DNA from: Protoeuglena noctilucae
Taxonomy: Eukaryota
DNA length: 64,000 nucleotides
Direction of reading: 5' to 3'
NCBI GenBank assembly: GCA_958009085.1
Contig: OY253678.1
Coordinates: 372,001-436,000, forward strand
The first letter of the stretch is position 1. The number at the start of each line of letters is the position of its first letter. The notes under the pieces are model-generated. The model had not been told where the DNA came from and made no database searches. It saw nothing but the letters and a program-made list of their open reading frames with translations. Position numbers and translations under genes: made by a program. Shown here one piece after another: positions 13,201 through 24,871 of the stretch.

Positions 13201-16200
13201 GTGAGGATGTTGTTGACGTCCTCGAGGAACGACTCGTACTTGATGTCCGTCTCGTTGAAGAGGAACACGGTGCGCCGGTTGTCGAGGCCCGCCTTGCGGT
13301 ACAGCTCCTTGAGGTCCTCCCGGAAATCCAACAGGCGGTAGGACTTGGTGATCTCGATGCTGAAGCACTTCATCTCGGCGATGTACGTCGCCAGGCGCGC
13401 GAGGGACTTGCGGCCGGAGCCGCCGACGCCGACCAGCAGCACGTTGCCGCGGGGCTGCATGAGCACCCGGTGGATGCGGCACACGTGGTGCAGCGCGTCC
13501 TTGAAGAGCACCAAGTCCATCGCCGACTGCCCCGGCTCCATGCCGTAATCCTCCAGCTTCTCCATCAGCAGCTCCTTGAGCTTCTGCATGTCGGTGACCT
13601 GCTCGTAGGGCGGGTTGTCCACCGCGCGCACGAAGGAGACGAACGGGTTGATCTCCCCCGACTCGAACAGCGCCTCGAAGGAGCTGCCAAACACCGACTT
13701 GAGCGTCGAGTCGAGCTCCTTGCGCAGCCACTCCCTGTCCGCCACGTCGAACATGCGGTCGCCGATGACACGGAACGTCTCGTGGCACCACAGCTGCAGG
13801 AGGGACTCGCGCGAGTCGTAGAACTGCTTGCTGGCCTGCATGACGCCCTGCACGATCTTGGCCAGGTCGCGGGTGTTGAAGAGGTAGTGGGACTTGGCGG
13901 GCGTGGGCAGGAGCTCGACCGACACGGCGCGGTATATGGCGATGGAGGCCTGCGTGACCTGGTCGCCCAGGGGCTTCACCTCGTCCTCGAAGTCGGCCAG
14001 CTTGTTGTTGAGCAGCGTGGAGAAGATGCGCTTGAGCTGGGAGTCGGACGGCGCCGTCACGTTCACCAGAGAGAAGCACGCCTGGATGCGCTGGCTGAAG
14101 GCGTTGCGGCCGCCCCCGGGCGGCGCCATCGCGGCCAGGAGCTGCATGTCCATGATGGTCATGGGCTCGCACTTCTGCCGGTCGTACCAGAACCCGTTGT
14201 CGCACCAGAGCTTGAGGAGCTCCAGGGGCGGGATGAAGCCGAACGCGCTTTTCTGCGGCATGTTGAGGTCGTCGATGAAGGTGACCATCTTCTTGCCGCC
14301 GTCGGGGCCCATGATGCCCTTGGACCGCTTCACCATCTTGCCCTCGATCGTCTCCTGCAGCGAGTTGGACGTGGCCTGCGCCGAGAAGTTGATGGTCATG
14401 TACTTGCGGTCGTCCGGCAGGTTGTCCAGAACGTCCATCAGCACCATCGTCTTGCCGACGCCCACGTTGCCCGTGACGAGCGTGTGGTGGCGGTCGCGCA
14501 CGAGGGCGTGGACGATGAAGGAGGTGCGGATGGTGTCGACGGTGGGGACCATGAGGCGGTGGAAGGGCACGTCGAGCGGCGGGCGGAACGCCGCGCTCAA
14601 CCGCGACTCCCACGACACCCATTCCGGCTCCTTGCCCTGCTTGCCCGGTGCGATGCAGTACTTGAACACCGTGTCCGCGGGCGGGAAGCGCGAGTCCATC
14701 TCGCGCATGTGCATGTCAAACGCCTTGCGCCCCTCCTCCGAAAGGTCCGCCCCGAGGGACCAGGAGAGGCAGAACTGGAACCACATCTCCAGGACGCGCA
14801 TGAGGGCGTCGGGGTTGACCTTGGGATCCACGCCGTTCTCCTCGGTGGCGAAGTGGTCCAGGAGGTGGCAGAGGGTCTTGACGCCGTTGAGGTTGTCGAC
14901 GCGCACCAGCTGCGGCATGCTGTGGCGGCGCGCCTCGAGGAGCGAGTCGACGTACTTGTTCATCAGCCGCATCAGCGCGTCCTGCAGCGGCTCGGGCTTG
15001 GGCACGCGGGGGGCGTCGGCCGCGCCCCGCCCGCTGGCCTCCACCCGCCCCGCCAGCCACGAGGACACGTATGGGCGCCACCCCAGGTCCTCCACGTTGA
15101 GGTAGATCATGCCGGCGCGCGACACGGTCGCGGGCGACGCCTGGCTGAGGTCCTCGACCTCAAAGAGGATGGACACCTGGGGCGTCATGGCGATGCGCTC
15201 GCCGTTGAGGAGCGTGAGGAGCTTGTTGTCGTCGAGGGTGGTGTTCATCGACTCGATCCAGAGCGTGTCGACGGGCCCGTCGAACAGGATCCACTTCTGG
15301 TCGGGCGAGTTGTCGTCGCAGCAGTCGCGCATGATGCGCGCCAGCACGCCCGGCTGCCACTCGCCCGTGCCCTCGGTAAAGCACCCGTAGATCTCGTCGT
15401 TGGAGAGCGCCAGGGGGTTGAGCGTGTGGACGTGCACGCGCTGGTACGCCTGGTGGGACTCCTGTCCTGCGAACTGCTTGGCCAGCGTGCCCATCGCCCG
15501 CTGCAGCGTCTTCCATGCCGTCGACTTACCCGACCCCGTCTTGCCCACGATCATGTTGCCGTGACGCGCGAGCTTGCAGTCGAAGATCTGGATGACCTTG
15601 GTCACGAACTCCGGCACCACCTGCAGCCCCTGGGCCCGCAGGTCCTCCTCGATGGCCTTGCGCAGCACGCCGCCGTCGCTCGTGGGCACTTCGACGCCCG
15701 GGAACAGGTCCGAGAGGAGCGCCATGAAGAGCGGGAGATCCTGGTAGACGAGCTTGGGCCGGATGAGGTCGAGCATGGTGCGGTACATGGTGACCTCCTC
15801 GGGGCTGTCGGGCTCGGCACGTTTGAGCGCCCCCGCCGCGCGCGCGATGGGGATGACGAAGGACCTGAGGCCGTAGTCGTAGTGGTCCTGCTTGGACAGC
15901 TGCTGCTGGGACAGGTCCATGATGGCGATCATCTTCTTGGCCAGGGATTTGGAGGAGAGGAAGCCCTCGGAGATCATCATGATCTCTGCAATGAGCGTGA
16001 AGTTGGGCACCATCATGGCCACGGGCCGCAGCAGCGCCTTGAGGTTGTCGGGGAGCTCCGAGCGCCCCGCGTAGCCCGGGTTCATCGTCACGAAGATGCC
16101 GCAGGTGGAGATGAGGCGGATGTCCTGGCCCTCGAAGTTGAAGCGCTTCTTGCCCTCCTTCATGGCCTGCATGACTGTGGCGATCTGCGTGGCCACCACG

Positions 16201-19200
16201 GACAGCACCTCAACCTGGATGCGGTTGAACTCGTCCAGGCACGCCCAGGCGCCCGCCTGCGCCAGGCCGCTGAACATCCGGGCCGTCATGGCGCTCGTCA
16301 CGCCGTCGGAGCAGTTGAACACCATGACGTAGCGCGCCAGCGCCTTGCCAAAGTCCTTGACCGTCTCCGTCTTGCCCGTGCCGGCTGGCCCCAGGGGGTT
16401 GCCCCCGCGTCGCGTGAACATGGCCGCGCCGAGCGTCATGTAGCAGCGGTCGGTCAGGGGCGTGATGACGAGGCGGCCGTTGTTGCCCTGGTACTCGTAG
16501 CCGTAGTTGAAGATGGAGAGCACCTGCTTGACCACGCAGTCGTTGCCCTCCTTGTCCCAGTAGAACCGCAGCTGCGACACCCACTCGAAGTCCGTGACGC
16601 GCTGGGCGCCGGACCGGTACAGCTTCTCGATCACGTCCCGCGCGTGCACCTCGATCGTGATCAGGGCCACGACCTTGTTGCGGTCCACGCCCTGCTTGGC
16701 ACGCGTGAGGGCCGTGAGCTTGTTCTGGTACGACAGCCAATTGCGCTTGAGCAGCCTCAGGTTCTTCTTCGCCGAGTCGGGGTCCGCCAGCGCCTTCTCG
16801 CACTCCATCGTCCACAGGATCTGGCCGGACGTGATGACCAGCTGCCCCTGGTTGTCGCGCACCCACATCTCCTTCTTGCCCGCCTTGCTCGACTCGAGCA
16901 CCTTGTACAGGTTCGTCTTGGTCGCGTCGAACATCGCCCGCTCCACGTCGTTGAGCCAGTCCTCGGGGCGCCCCTCGAGCCGCAGCGCCTCGTTGAGCGG
17001 CAGCACCTCCGAGTCGTGCGAGTGGATCTGCAGGGCCGTGAAGGTCTTGTAGCCCTCCTCGCCGGGCATCATGACGCGCAGCGACTTGACCCCCTCGAAC
17101 ATCTTCTTCAAGTGCTTCTGGACGTTGATCGGGTCGCGCGCCTGGCCCAGGATGGCCAGCAGGTCCTCGTCGGACAAAAAGTAGAAGCGCGGGAAGCGCT
17201 GCCGCTTGGACTCCAGGTAGTGCTCGAGCTTCCGCTGGATGAGCTCCAGCTTCTGCTCCATGGAGATGAAGAGGTCGAGGCGCTCCTGGGTGCAGGCGCG
17301 CGTGCAAACGCCCGCGGCCTTGACCTCGCGCATGGCGTCCTGGAACGATTCGTGGACGTCCTCGAACACGACGCTCTCGTTCGGGAGCTGCTTGCGGATG
17401 TCCTCGCTCCCGATGAAGATGTTCTCCAGGTACATCCACTCCTTCTGCACGACGCCGATCTTCTCGATCATCTCCGAGATGAGGCCCAGCGTGCGCTCCC
17501 AGTGCGTGATCTCGCTCTCGAAAACCAGGAAGTACTTGGACCCCTTCATCGTGGACAGCGTCACGACGTTGTCCTCGAGCGCGGAGAAGACGTCCTCGGC
17601 CGAGCGGAGGCGGAAGGTCGACTTGTACGGCTCCAGGTCGAGGCTGAGCGTGCGCCACGTGTCGGCGATCTTCTCGATGCCCAGCTCGATCGCCAGCTCC
17701 TTCGACGCGTTCGTGGACAGCTCCGAGATGAACTCCGAGTGGTGGTGCAGGCCCAGGCGCATGATGTTCGCCAGCTTGAAGCTCGCGCTGGCCGGGTCGA
17801 ACCGCTCGCCCACGTGCTCCATGAGCTGCTCCCAGTGGCGCCGCCGCATCGCGGGGTTGCGCAGGTCGATGATGAGCGGCATCGTCTTCTTGAACGAGTC
17901 GATCGTGTCCTTGGTGCGCGCCCACACCGGCCAGTGCTTGATCTCGCGGCCCAGCTTCACGATGTTCTTGGAAATGCGCGTCGCGGCCTCCTCCATCTCG
18001 TCCACGTTGATCTCCTGCGGTGGGAGCGCGGCGAGAGGAGGTCAGGGACGCGCACCTAAACACCCTGATTCTAAGAGCAACCCATGACACACGCTTGCCC
18101 CACGCTTGTGCCACGCCGGGGCTTCCCTCGAGCCCAGCCACTCCCCCCTCGCGCCGGCCGGCCCTTCACCTGGAACATGGTGTCCTTCCACGAGTCGAAG
18201 GCCGTCTGCCACTGCCGCACGACGCCCCAGATCTCGCCCAGCATCGAGAGGTCCTTCTCGGACGCCCCCAGCTCCTTGTACGGCGGCTCGGGGATGTTGA
18301 AGATGTCCATGCCGGCCTTGAGGCTCTCGGCCTTGCGGCGCATGTCCTCCAGCTCCGCCTGCCGCTCGCGCATGTATCGGAACGCGCGGGCGACGTCGGG
18401 CGCGCCGTCCACCTCGAAGCCGTCGGTGGAGAAGGGCGCCTGCTGCTCGAACTCCTGGCGGAATTGCGCCAGGTCCGCCACGAACTGGTCCACCATGGTG
18501 ACCAGGCGGTCCCGCTGGGACTCCTTGGCCCGCACCAGCATGTCGTTGGCGGACCGCAGCATGACCTCGAACGCCTGCCAGCTGTCCGCCAGCTGCACCA
18601 GCGCCGCCTGCTCCTCGTCGGGCACCGTCACGCCCTGGTCCTTAAGCTGCTTGTACTTCTGCTGCAGGGGCTCGAACTTGGCCAGGATGTTGTCCTTCTC
18701 GGCAGGCGTGCCCCGGTCGCGGTCGCCCACCACGCGCAGGTGCAACTTGACGGCGAACGACAGCTCCTCGAGCGTCGTCGGGATCTTGGACAGCGACTCG
18801 GTGATGTTGGTGAAGTAGGCCTGGATCTCGGCCAACTCCTCGCGCGCCATGCGGTGCAGCAGCGCTGTGTAGAGCTGGATCCACTCGTCGCAGTTCTTCA
18901 CGATCGCCTGCTTCAGCGGCGACAGGTCGAACCGCAGGAAGGCCAAATTCTGCGTCGTCTCCTCCTGCAACACCTCCTCCTGGCTCTGACGGTACTCGTC
19001 CATCCGAGCCACCAGGTACTGCAGCGGCTGCTGCTGCTTGGCCACGCGGTCGACCGTCCGCTCCTTGTCCTTCTTCTCCCACACATTCTTGTAGCTCGCC
19101 TCCCACCGGTTCAGGAACGCAAAGATCTGCCCCGTGATCTCCAGGCCCAGGTCCTTGAGCGCCTTCTGGGTCTTGTGGTCCTCCGCGTTGGCCTCCGCCA

Positions 19201-22200
19201 GCTGCTCGAAGAACGTCTTCTGCCGCCGGCGCGGGCGGTCCACCTCGTTACCCTGCTCGTCCACCTCGCGCACCGTCGGCAGCTGCCGCAGGCGGGGCAG
19301 GACCTTGGCCACGCACACCAGCTCATCGCGCAGCATGAAGATGATGTTGAAGAGCTCCTGGATGTTGGGGCGGATCTGCGTGTGCTTGTCCGCGAGCACC
19401 ACTTGCACGTGGAACTGCGAGAGGGGGCGGGACCGGGTGCCCGTGGGCGGCCAGGCAGACGGGTGCGGGTGCGGCTCCCTCGCCACTCTGGATGAAGCAA
19501 GTAGGGAGCCCAAGCGTGGCCGCGATCCCTTCGAAATTGTGAATCACAGCCACCGCAGTCACCGCTGCACCGCATCGCAGCTCACCAGCGGGGACACGTC
19601 CGTCTTGGAGTCTCCCTGCAGCGCCCGCCGCAGCTCATGCAGGGACTTCTTCCACGCGTGGTGCAGCGCGGCTTTGACCTCGTCGTCCCACTCCTTGGTG
19701 AAGTAGTACCACTCGCTCTGCACCTCCTCGCTGTCCTCCGCGAATATCTGGTGAATATCGTCCATCGTCGACTGCAGCGACGTGGCCGTCTCGGCGAACT
19801 TGTCGCGGACCTGCGCCAGGTAGTCCATTTGCGACTGGAGGAACTCCTGGTGCTCGTAGACGCGCTTCTTCTCGATGTTGAGCAGCAGCGTCTCGTGGAT
19901 CAGGTTGCACGACTCGCGGATGTGCTGCTTGGCCACCTTCCACTGCTCCACGATGCCCCACACCTCCTTGCAGTACCTGGAGGCGCAGCGACGGCGACAC
20001 GGCTCAGCGCGTCGCCAGCACCGCCGCGCGCACCCTCGCTGCTGTCGCCACCCCCGCTATGCTGCGCTACGCAGCAGCGCCAAGCGGCACCCCTGCGCCC
20101 CTCACTTGCGGGCCTCCTTGACGAACAGGTCGAGCGCAGCCTTGTCCGACTTCCACGTGAACTTCTCCAGCCCGGGCCAGATGCGCCGGTCGAGGTACTT
20201 GAGCCGGTCGTGGAAGAGCAGCCGCTCCGAGGCCTCGCGGGGCCCTTTACGGTCGTCACCCTTGCGCTTGGTCGAGTCGTCCAGGGCCAGCACGATCCGG
20301 TTGTAGTCCCGGACCACCAGGAGCACGTTCTCGTGCAGCACGCGCAGCTTCTCCCGCTGAGCGTTGATCATCATGGCATCGTAGGGAATCTCCTTGTGCA
20401 TCCTCTCCCAGAAGAACACCTCCTGGAACATCTCCAGGATCGCCTTGTCTGCGTGGGCAGACGGGACGCGCCGCCGTCGCTACGATGCCGCACGGGTTGC
20501 GCTAGGGGCGCCGCGTGGCATGATCGCACGGCAAGGGCCGGCACATAAGGGCCGCGGCGACTGCCAATGCCAGCTGCCTCTCACCGAAGTCGACGGCCAG
20601 CAGTCCCTGCGGCCCCTCCTCGCGCCGGATGAGGTTGCGCTCCAGGCCGTTCCCGAGGCTGGGGTTGATGGGCGCCGTCCACTCGGTGTGGTGCTTCTCC
20701 ACGTAGGCCTCGATCTGGTGCACTGCGGGGCAGCACGGCACAAAGCCCCGTGGGTTGCGGCTCCATGGGTTGTAACCCCCTGTGTTGTTACCCCATGGGT
20801 CGCGGCCCCGTGGCCCACACCCCGTCCCCGCCCCTCACCTGTCTTGGCGTACTGCTCCTCGACCTCCGCGATGTGCGCCTCGACGTAGGACTTGGACCCC
20901 GCCTTGGTCTCTCCCAGCAAGCGGGGCTTGAGCTGCTTGAAGCGCTCCATGGGGATCTCCAGGCGCTTGAGCAGCGACTGCAGACACAAGGGGCCACTCC
21001 GGGTGTTGCAGCTGGGTGGGGAGCGTCGAATGCAACAGGAAAGGGGGATGGAGCGGAAGGGTGTTGCAGATAAGTGTGGAGTGTCAAATGAGAAACAAAG
21101 CACTGCGATGGCTTCGCCGCCCTCCCTCTCTGCCAGGCCCAGGTGGGTGTGGGACGCAGGACGGCGAGCGCACGAGTAGCCCTGCTCACCAGGGCCCACA
21201 TGGCCTGGCCGGCGTACTTGGGGAGGTACGGGCTGTGGTTCTGCGTCTGGCCCGGCTTGTTCGGGGCGCACTTAGACATCTCGTGCATCAGGGACTGGCA
21301 CAGGTCCACCGTCTCCCGCTCAATCGTGCGCATGATGAAGTCCCGCTTCGCCATCTTGTGGAAAGCCTCCAGGAGGTCCATGCGGCCCAGCAGCGAGCTG
21401 CACGAGTCGAACGCGAGCTTGATGACCCGCGAGAGCATCATCTCGAGGTCCTTAACGCCGCTGTTGAAGGCGTTGTAGTCATCGTGCCACCGCGTCGCCA
21501 TCGAGACGTCCAGGATCGAGTACTTGAGGTCCTGCAGGTGGCTCACGAGCTTCCTGCGCGCAAGGGAGGGCGCACGGGACCGTTCGCAGGGCGCAGACTC
21601 TGTCGCAATATCAACTCCCATCGACCCGCATCCACCTCCGCAGCGGGCCTGCCGGGCCACTCCGTGGGCTCACGTGAAGCTCTGCTGGATGCCGAGGATG
21701 GACTTCTGAATTTCGGGGCCGTTGGTGCCCCCGAACGTGGGGATCTCGTCCTCCGGCGCGAACTGCAGCTGGGCGTCGCAGACGTCAAGGATGTCCCGGC
21801 AGCGCTGCACGAACGTCTCGATGTACGCAAAGATGAAGTCATGGGAATCCTGTCCGAAGTCCCAGGGGCGGTCCGTCTTGCCGACCTGTGCGGGCGTGGA
21901 GGGCGGGCGTGTTGACGGGGCACGTTTGCATGCAACCCGACGAGCAGAAGGCACTGGGGTGTCTACGCACAACCATGCAGGTCATCGTCGACACGATAGT
22001 ATGAATAGCAAAGACCCTCGCCTGGTTGGCCACCGCCTTGAAGAGGTTGCCCCAGGCGCGCCCTGCCGCAATGGACTCGTGCAGGCTCTCCTTGACCTGC
22101 AGGACCTCCCCGCTCCAGATCTTCTCGATCTCGATCTGAGCCGTGCACCGGCTGATGATGGAGTTGGAGACCTTGCGCAGCAGGCCCACGATGCGCTCCT

Positions 22201-23715
22201 TGGTGTTGTAGTGGCGCGAGATGGACCAGATCATCCGAACCGCGTTGAGCACGTCCGGCAGCAGCGCGGGGATCTCCCGGATCTTCGCCTGCGTCGGCCG
22301 GGGCAAGACGCGAGGCGTGAGCGCGTGCAGCGGCATGGGAAGCGGGCGCGAGTCAACACGTCAGCGCCAGCTGCACCATCGCGTTACTTGGCAAAGCAAA
22401 GCACAACTTACCTTGGACATGGCCATGCAGGGCTCCGAGAGCGACTTGAGGAACTGCAGGTTGTCCTCGGCGGCCGCGGCCTCCATCTGGATCAGCGAGC
22501 TGAGCTCCTGGAACGGCTGCAGGTAGCTGCTCTTGGCAACGCGCAGCACCTCGCTCATCCGGGCCACCAGCGGGTGGTCCAGCTGGTCGCGGATCGAGCT
22601 CAGGTCCTTGGAACGCTCCGCCCAGAAGCGAATCTCGCCCAGGGGGCCGTCGTCATCCATGACCTCAGCGGGTGCGCGGCATGAGGGCGGCGTAACTAGG
22701 GCAGCAGTGGGGCAGCGCAGCAGTGCACAAGGAGCGCCCCGCTCTGCTGCGACCCCACATGCGCAGCGACAGTCACCCGAGTTGTCCAGGTAGTTGACGA
22801 CCTCCTTGATCTGCCGCGTCCAGTGAATGACGCTCGTCTCGAGGCGCTGCACCAGCGACTTGTCCTTGGCGCATGCCACGGGGTCCTCGATGGTCTCCTT
22901 GGGGATGTACAAAACGGTCTTGTTGAACGTCTCGTAGGTGTGCTCGGTCAGAGACGCCATGAACTTGTGCAGAGACCCGATCATGTCGGTGCGGAGGCTC
23001 TGGGGCCACGTCGTGTTGTCCAGGGCCGCCGGCACGTACAGGTTGTTCATCACCGAGAGCATCTGCCACAGCACGTTCGAGTTGCTCATGACCCCTGCGC
23101 CCACGCGACCCGGCCGACCGTCAGCCCTGTGCACCCCTACTGATGCCCGCGCGAGCGGCTACACGCAACGCCACAGACGCTGCAATTGGCGACAGTCCAA
23201 CAGTGAAAACCCGCGTTGCGGCGCGACCTCACCCGTCTGGATGTGGCGGTCGTAGTCCCCCTTGAGAGCGTGCTTGGTGCGTGGGATAGCAAAGTACACC
23301 ACTTGCTGCCACACTGCCGGGAGCGCGCTGCTCATCTCGAGGCGAACACCCCGCACGCACGCAAACATCCGGTTCGTGCCGCCCTGCTCCAGGAACTCCT
23401 GGATCAAAGCCGCGTGCTCCTCCGGCCTGCGCAGCACGGCGGGACCCTGCCTACAACCCATCCCCCTTGGAGAGACGCAGGGACGCCTGCTTCGTCAGCA
23501 AAGAAGCGACGCGGCATGGCGCAAGGGTAAGCGGCGTGGCCGGCGCACCTGAACAAATCCGCAGCCGTGACGGCGGGTGCGCCATCAGTGTCACTCTTGA
23601 CGGGCAGGCTCCGGAGCTTCTTAGTGATATAACGCACGATCTCGGGGTCCAGGTTGATCACCTGCTCCTCCTGCTCACTCTGCTGAGGCGACCGCCCGGA
23701 CCGAGGCGTTTGCAT
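7290..23715 (-). CDS. DNAH2: Axonemal inner-arm I1/f dynein heavy chain beta (DNAH2 / Chlamydomonas DHC10 type)
   Basis: Four P-loops GPAGTGKT, GKTGSGKS, GNVGVGKT, GVGGSGRKS. Linker FPRFYFLS, stalk coiled coil, and C-terminus CPLYINPVRTGTRERPSYMISVDLKSGSVDPEHWIKRGTALLLSLAT* (TAA 7292-7290), characteristic of I1-beta. About 20 introns, with one ~6.85 kb exon (~18013-11163). Confidence 0.93.
20746..20815. repeat. Degenerate 15-bp tandem repeat (~4.7 units) inside a dynein intron
   Basis: ccccgtgggttgcgg / ctccatgggttgtaa / ccccctgtgttgtta / ccccatgggtcgcgg / ccccgtggcc. Confidence 0.8.
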
Positions 23716-24871
23716 CTGCAGAAACGGCGGCGTTCGTGTGGATGACCCCTGCTGAACCGGTGTTGGGCCGCCCCCGCGCGCTGCTCGACGAGCTCCCAGA
23801 CCTGGGATGGAGCTGCAGAGTAAATGGACCGGCTCGCCGTCGCGGGACGCTGGAGCGCTTCTCCACCCGACGCCTCGCGCCCCGATGCCTCGTGCAGCAG
23901 GTCCCCCGAGTCATACGACCTGTCCTGCGCAGGCGGGGCGGAGGGGTGCCGGGCTCACGGAGGGCGCGGAAGAACAACCTTCGCACGGAGACGACGCCGC
24001 AGCCTGAACGCGGTCGACGGACGGAGCGGTGAACATGCGCAACGCCGTTCGAGACCGTGGGCCCGATGGAGGCGGCGCGGGTCGGCAAAATTCCCATGGC
24101 AAGCAGTTGACTTGCTTGCAGCAAGTCGGCGAAGGCTACAGCTTGGGAGGAGCGGCCTCAGCACCGGAAGCGCGCGAGACATCTCCCAGACATGTGCCCC
24201 GGCAGGAGAAATTGTGGCATCGCGGCGGCGAGAGGCACCCCAGACCGGGGTCCACAGATGCCAAACCAGCAGCGGAGGCTGTGGGCTGCAAGATGGGTCA
24301 AGAGATTGGCGGGGCCGGATCGATGTGCGCCTCCCTTGGCGCGCTCAAAACGACACGCGCAGAGGAGGCGCGCAGTCCTCGGGATCGGCTTCGCGGAAAC
24401 ACGCGGTCTCTACATCTGCACGCTGGCGACTCGCAGAGGCCGCCAACACGCGCTGAGCTCACCGCCTGCGACGCCCCCATGCCGGATTGCCCCGTCAGGA
24501 GGCCCTCCTCCGGGCCATCCGCTGGCTGCCCCGTGCTCATGATCTCCCCTGCATCCACTGCCTCAAGCAATCAGCCGGGGCACTTCCTAGGTGGTTCAAT
24601 GCCACACTCTCTACGGTTCCTAGCCCCGGGCAGCGACAGGGGAAGCGGGGCCCCTGCGCAAGGAGCAGACAATGCAGATTGTGCCCGGGACCCGCCGTTG
24701 GAAGCGAGCCACCCAGGACTGGCATGTGCTCGGGCGTTTCGCTGTAAGTAAACAGACGTTCGCAAAATAGAGGGCCCCGCGGCAGATGTTCGGCAGAAAA
24801 GCGAGCGCCGTTGCTACGGCGCCCTTCATTGACCGAAAGGGCGTCGCAGACGTAGACAGCAGCGCGCGAGA

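Noticed and set aside
11269..14622. 1117-aa alternative-frame ORF on the - strand
   Set aside because: G/R/A/P-rich off-frame reading of the dynein exon, expected in DNA of this GC content.
10935..18059. 2374-aa ORF on the + strand
   Set aside because: It is the antisense shadow of the giant dynein exon. Extreme GC3 bias removes stops in the mirror frame, and the translation has no recognisable domain.
20746..20815. Short repeats as a possible CRISPR array
   Set aside because: No spacers, units are only 15 bp and degenerate, the site lies in a eukaryotic intron, and there are no cas genes.
24029..24070. RDRGPD resembling the asparagine-synthetase/GATase RGPD motif
   Set aside because: No N-terminal Cys-Gly-Ile or other GATase motifs; a four-residue match is expected by chance.
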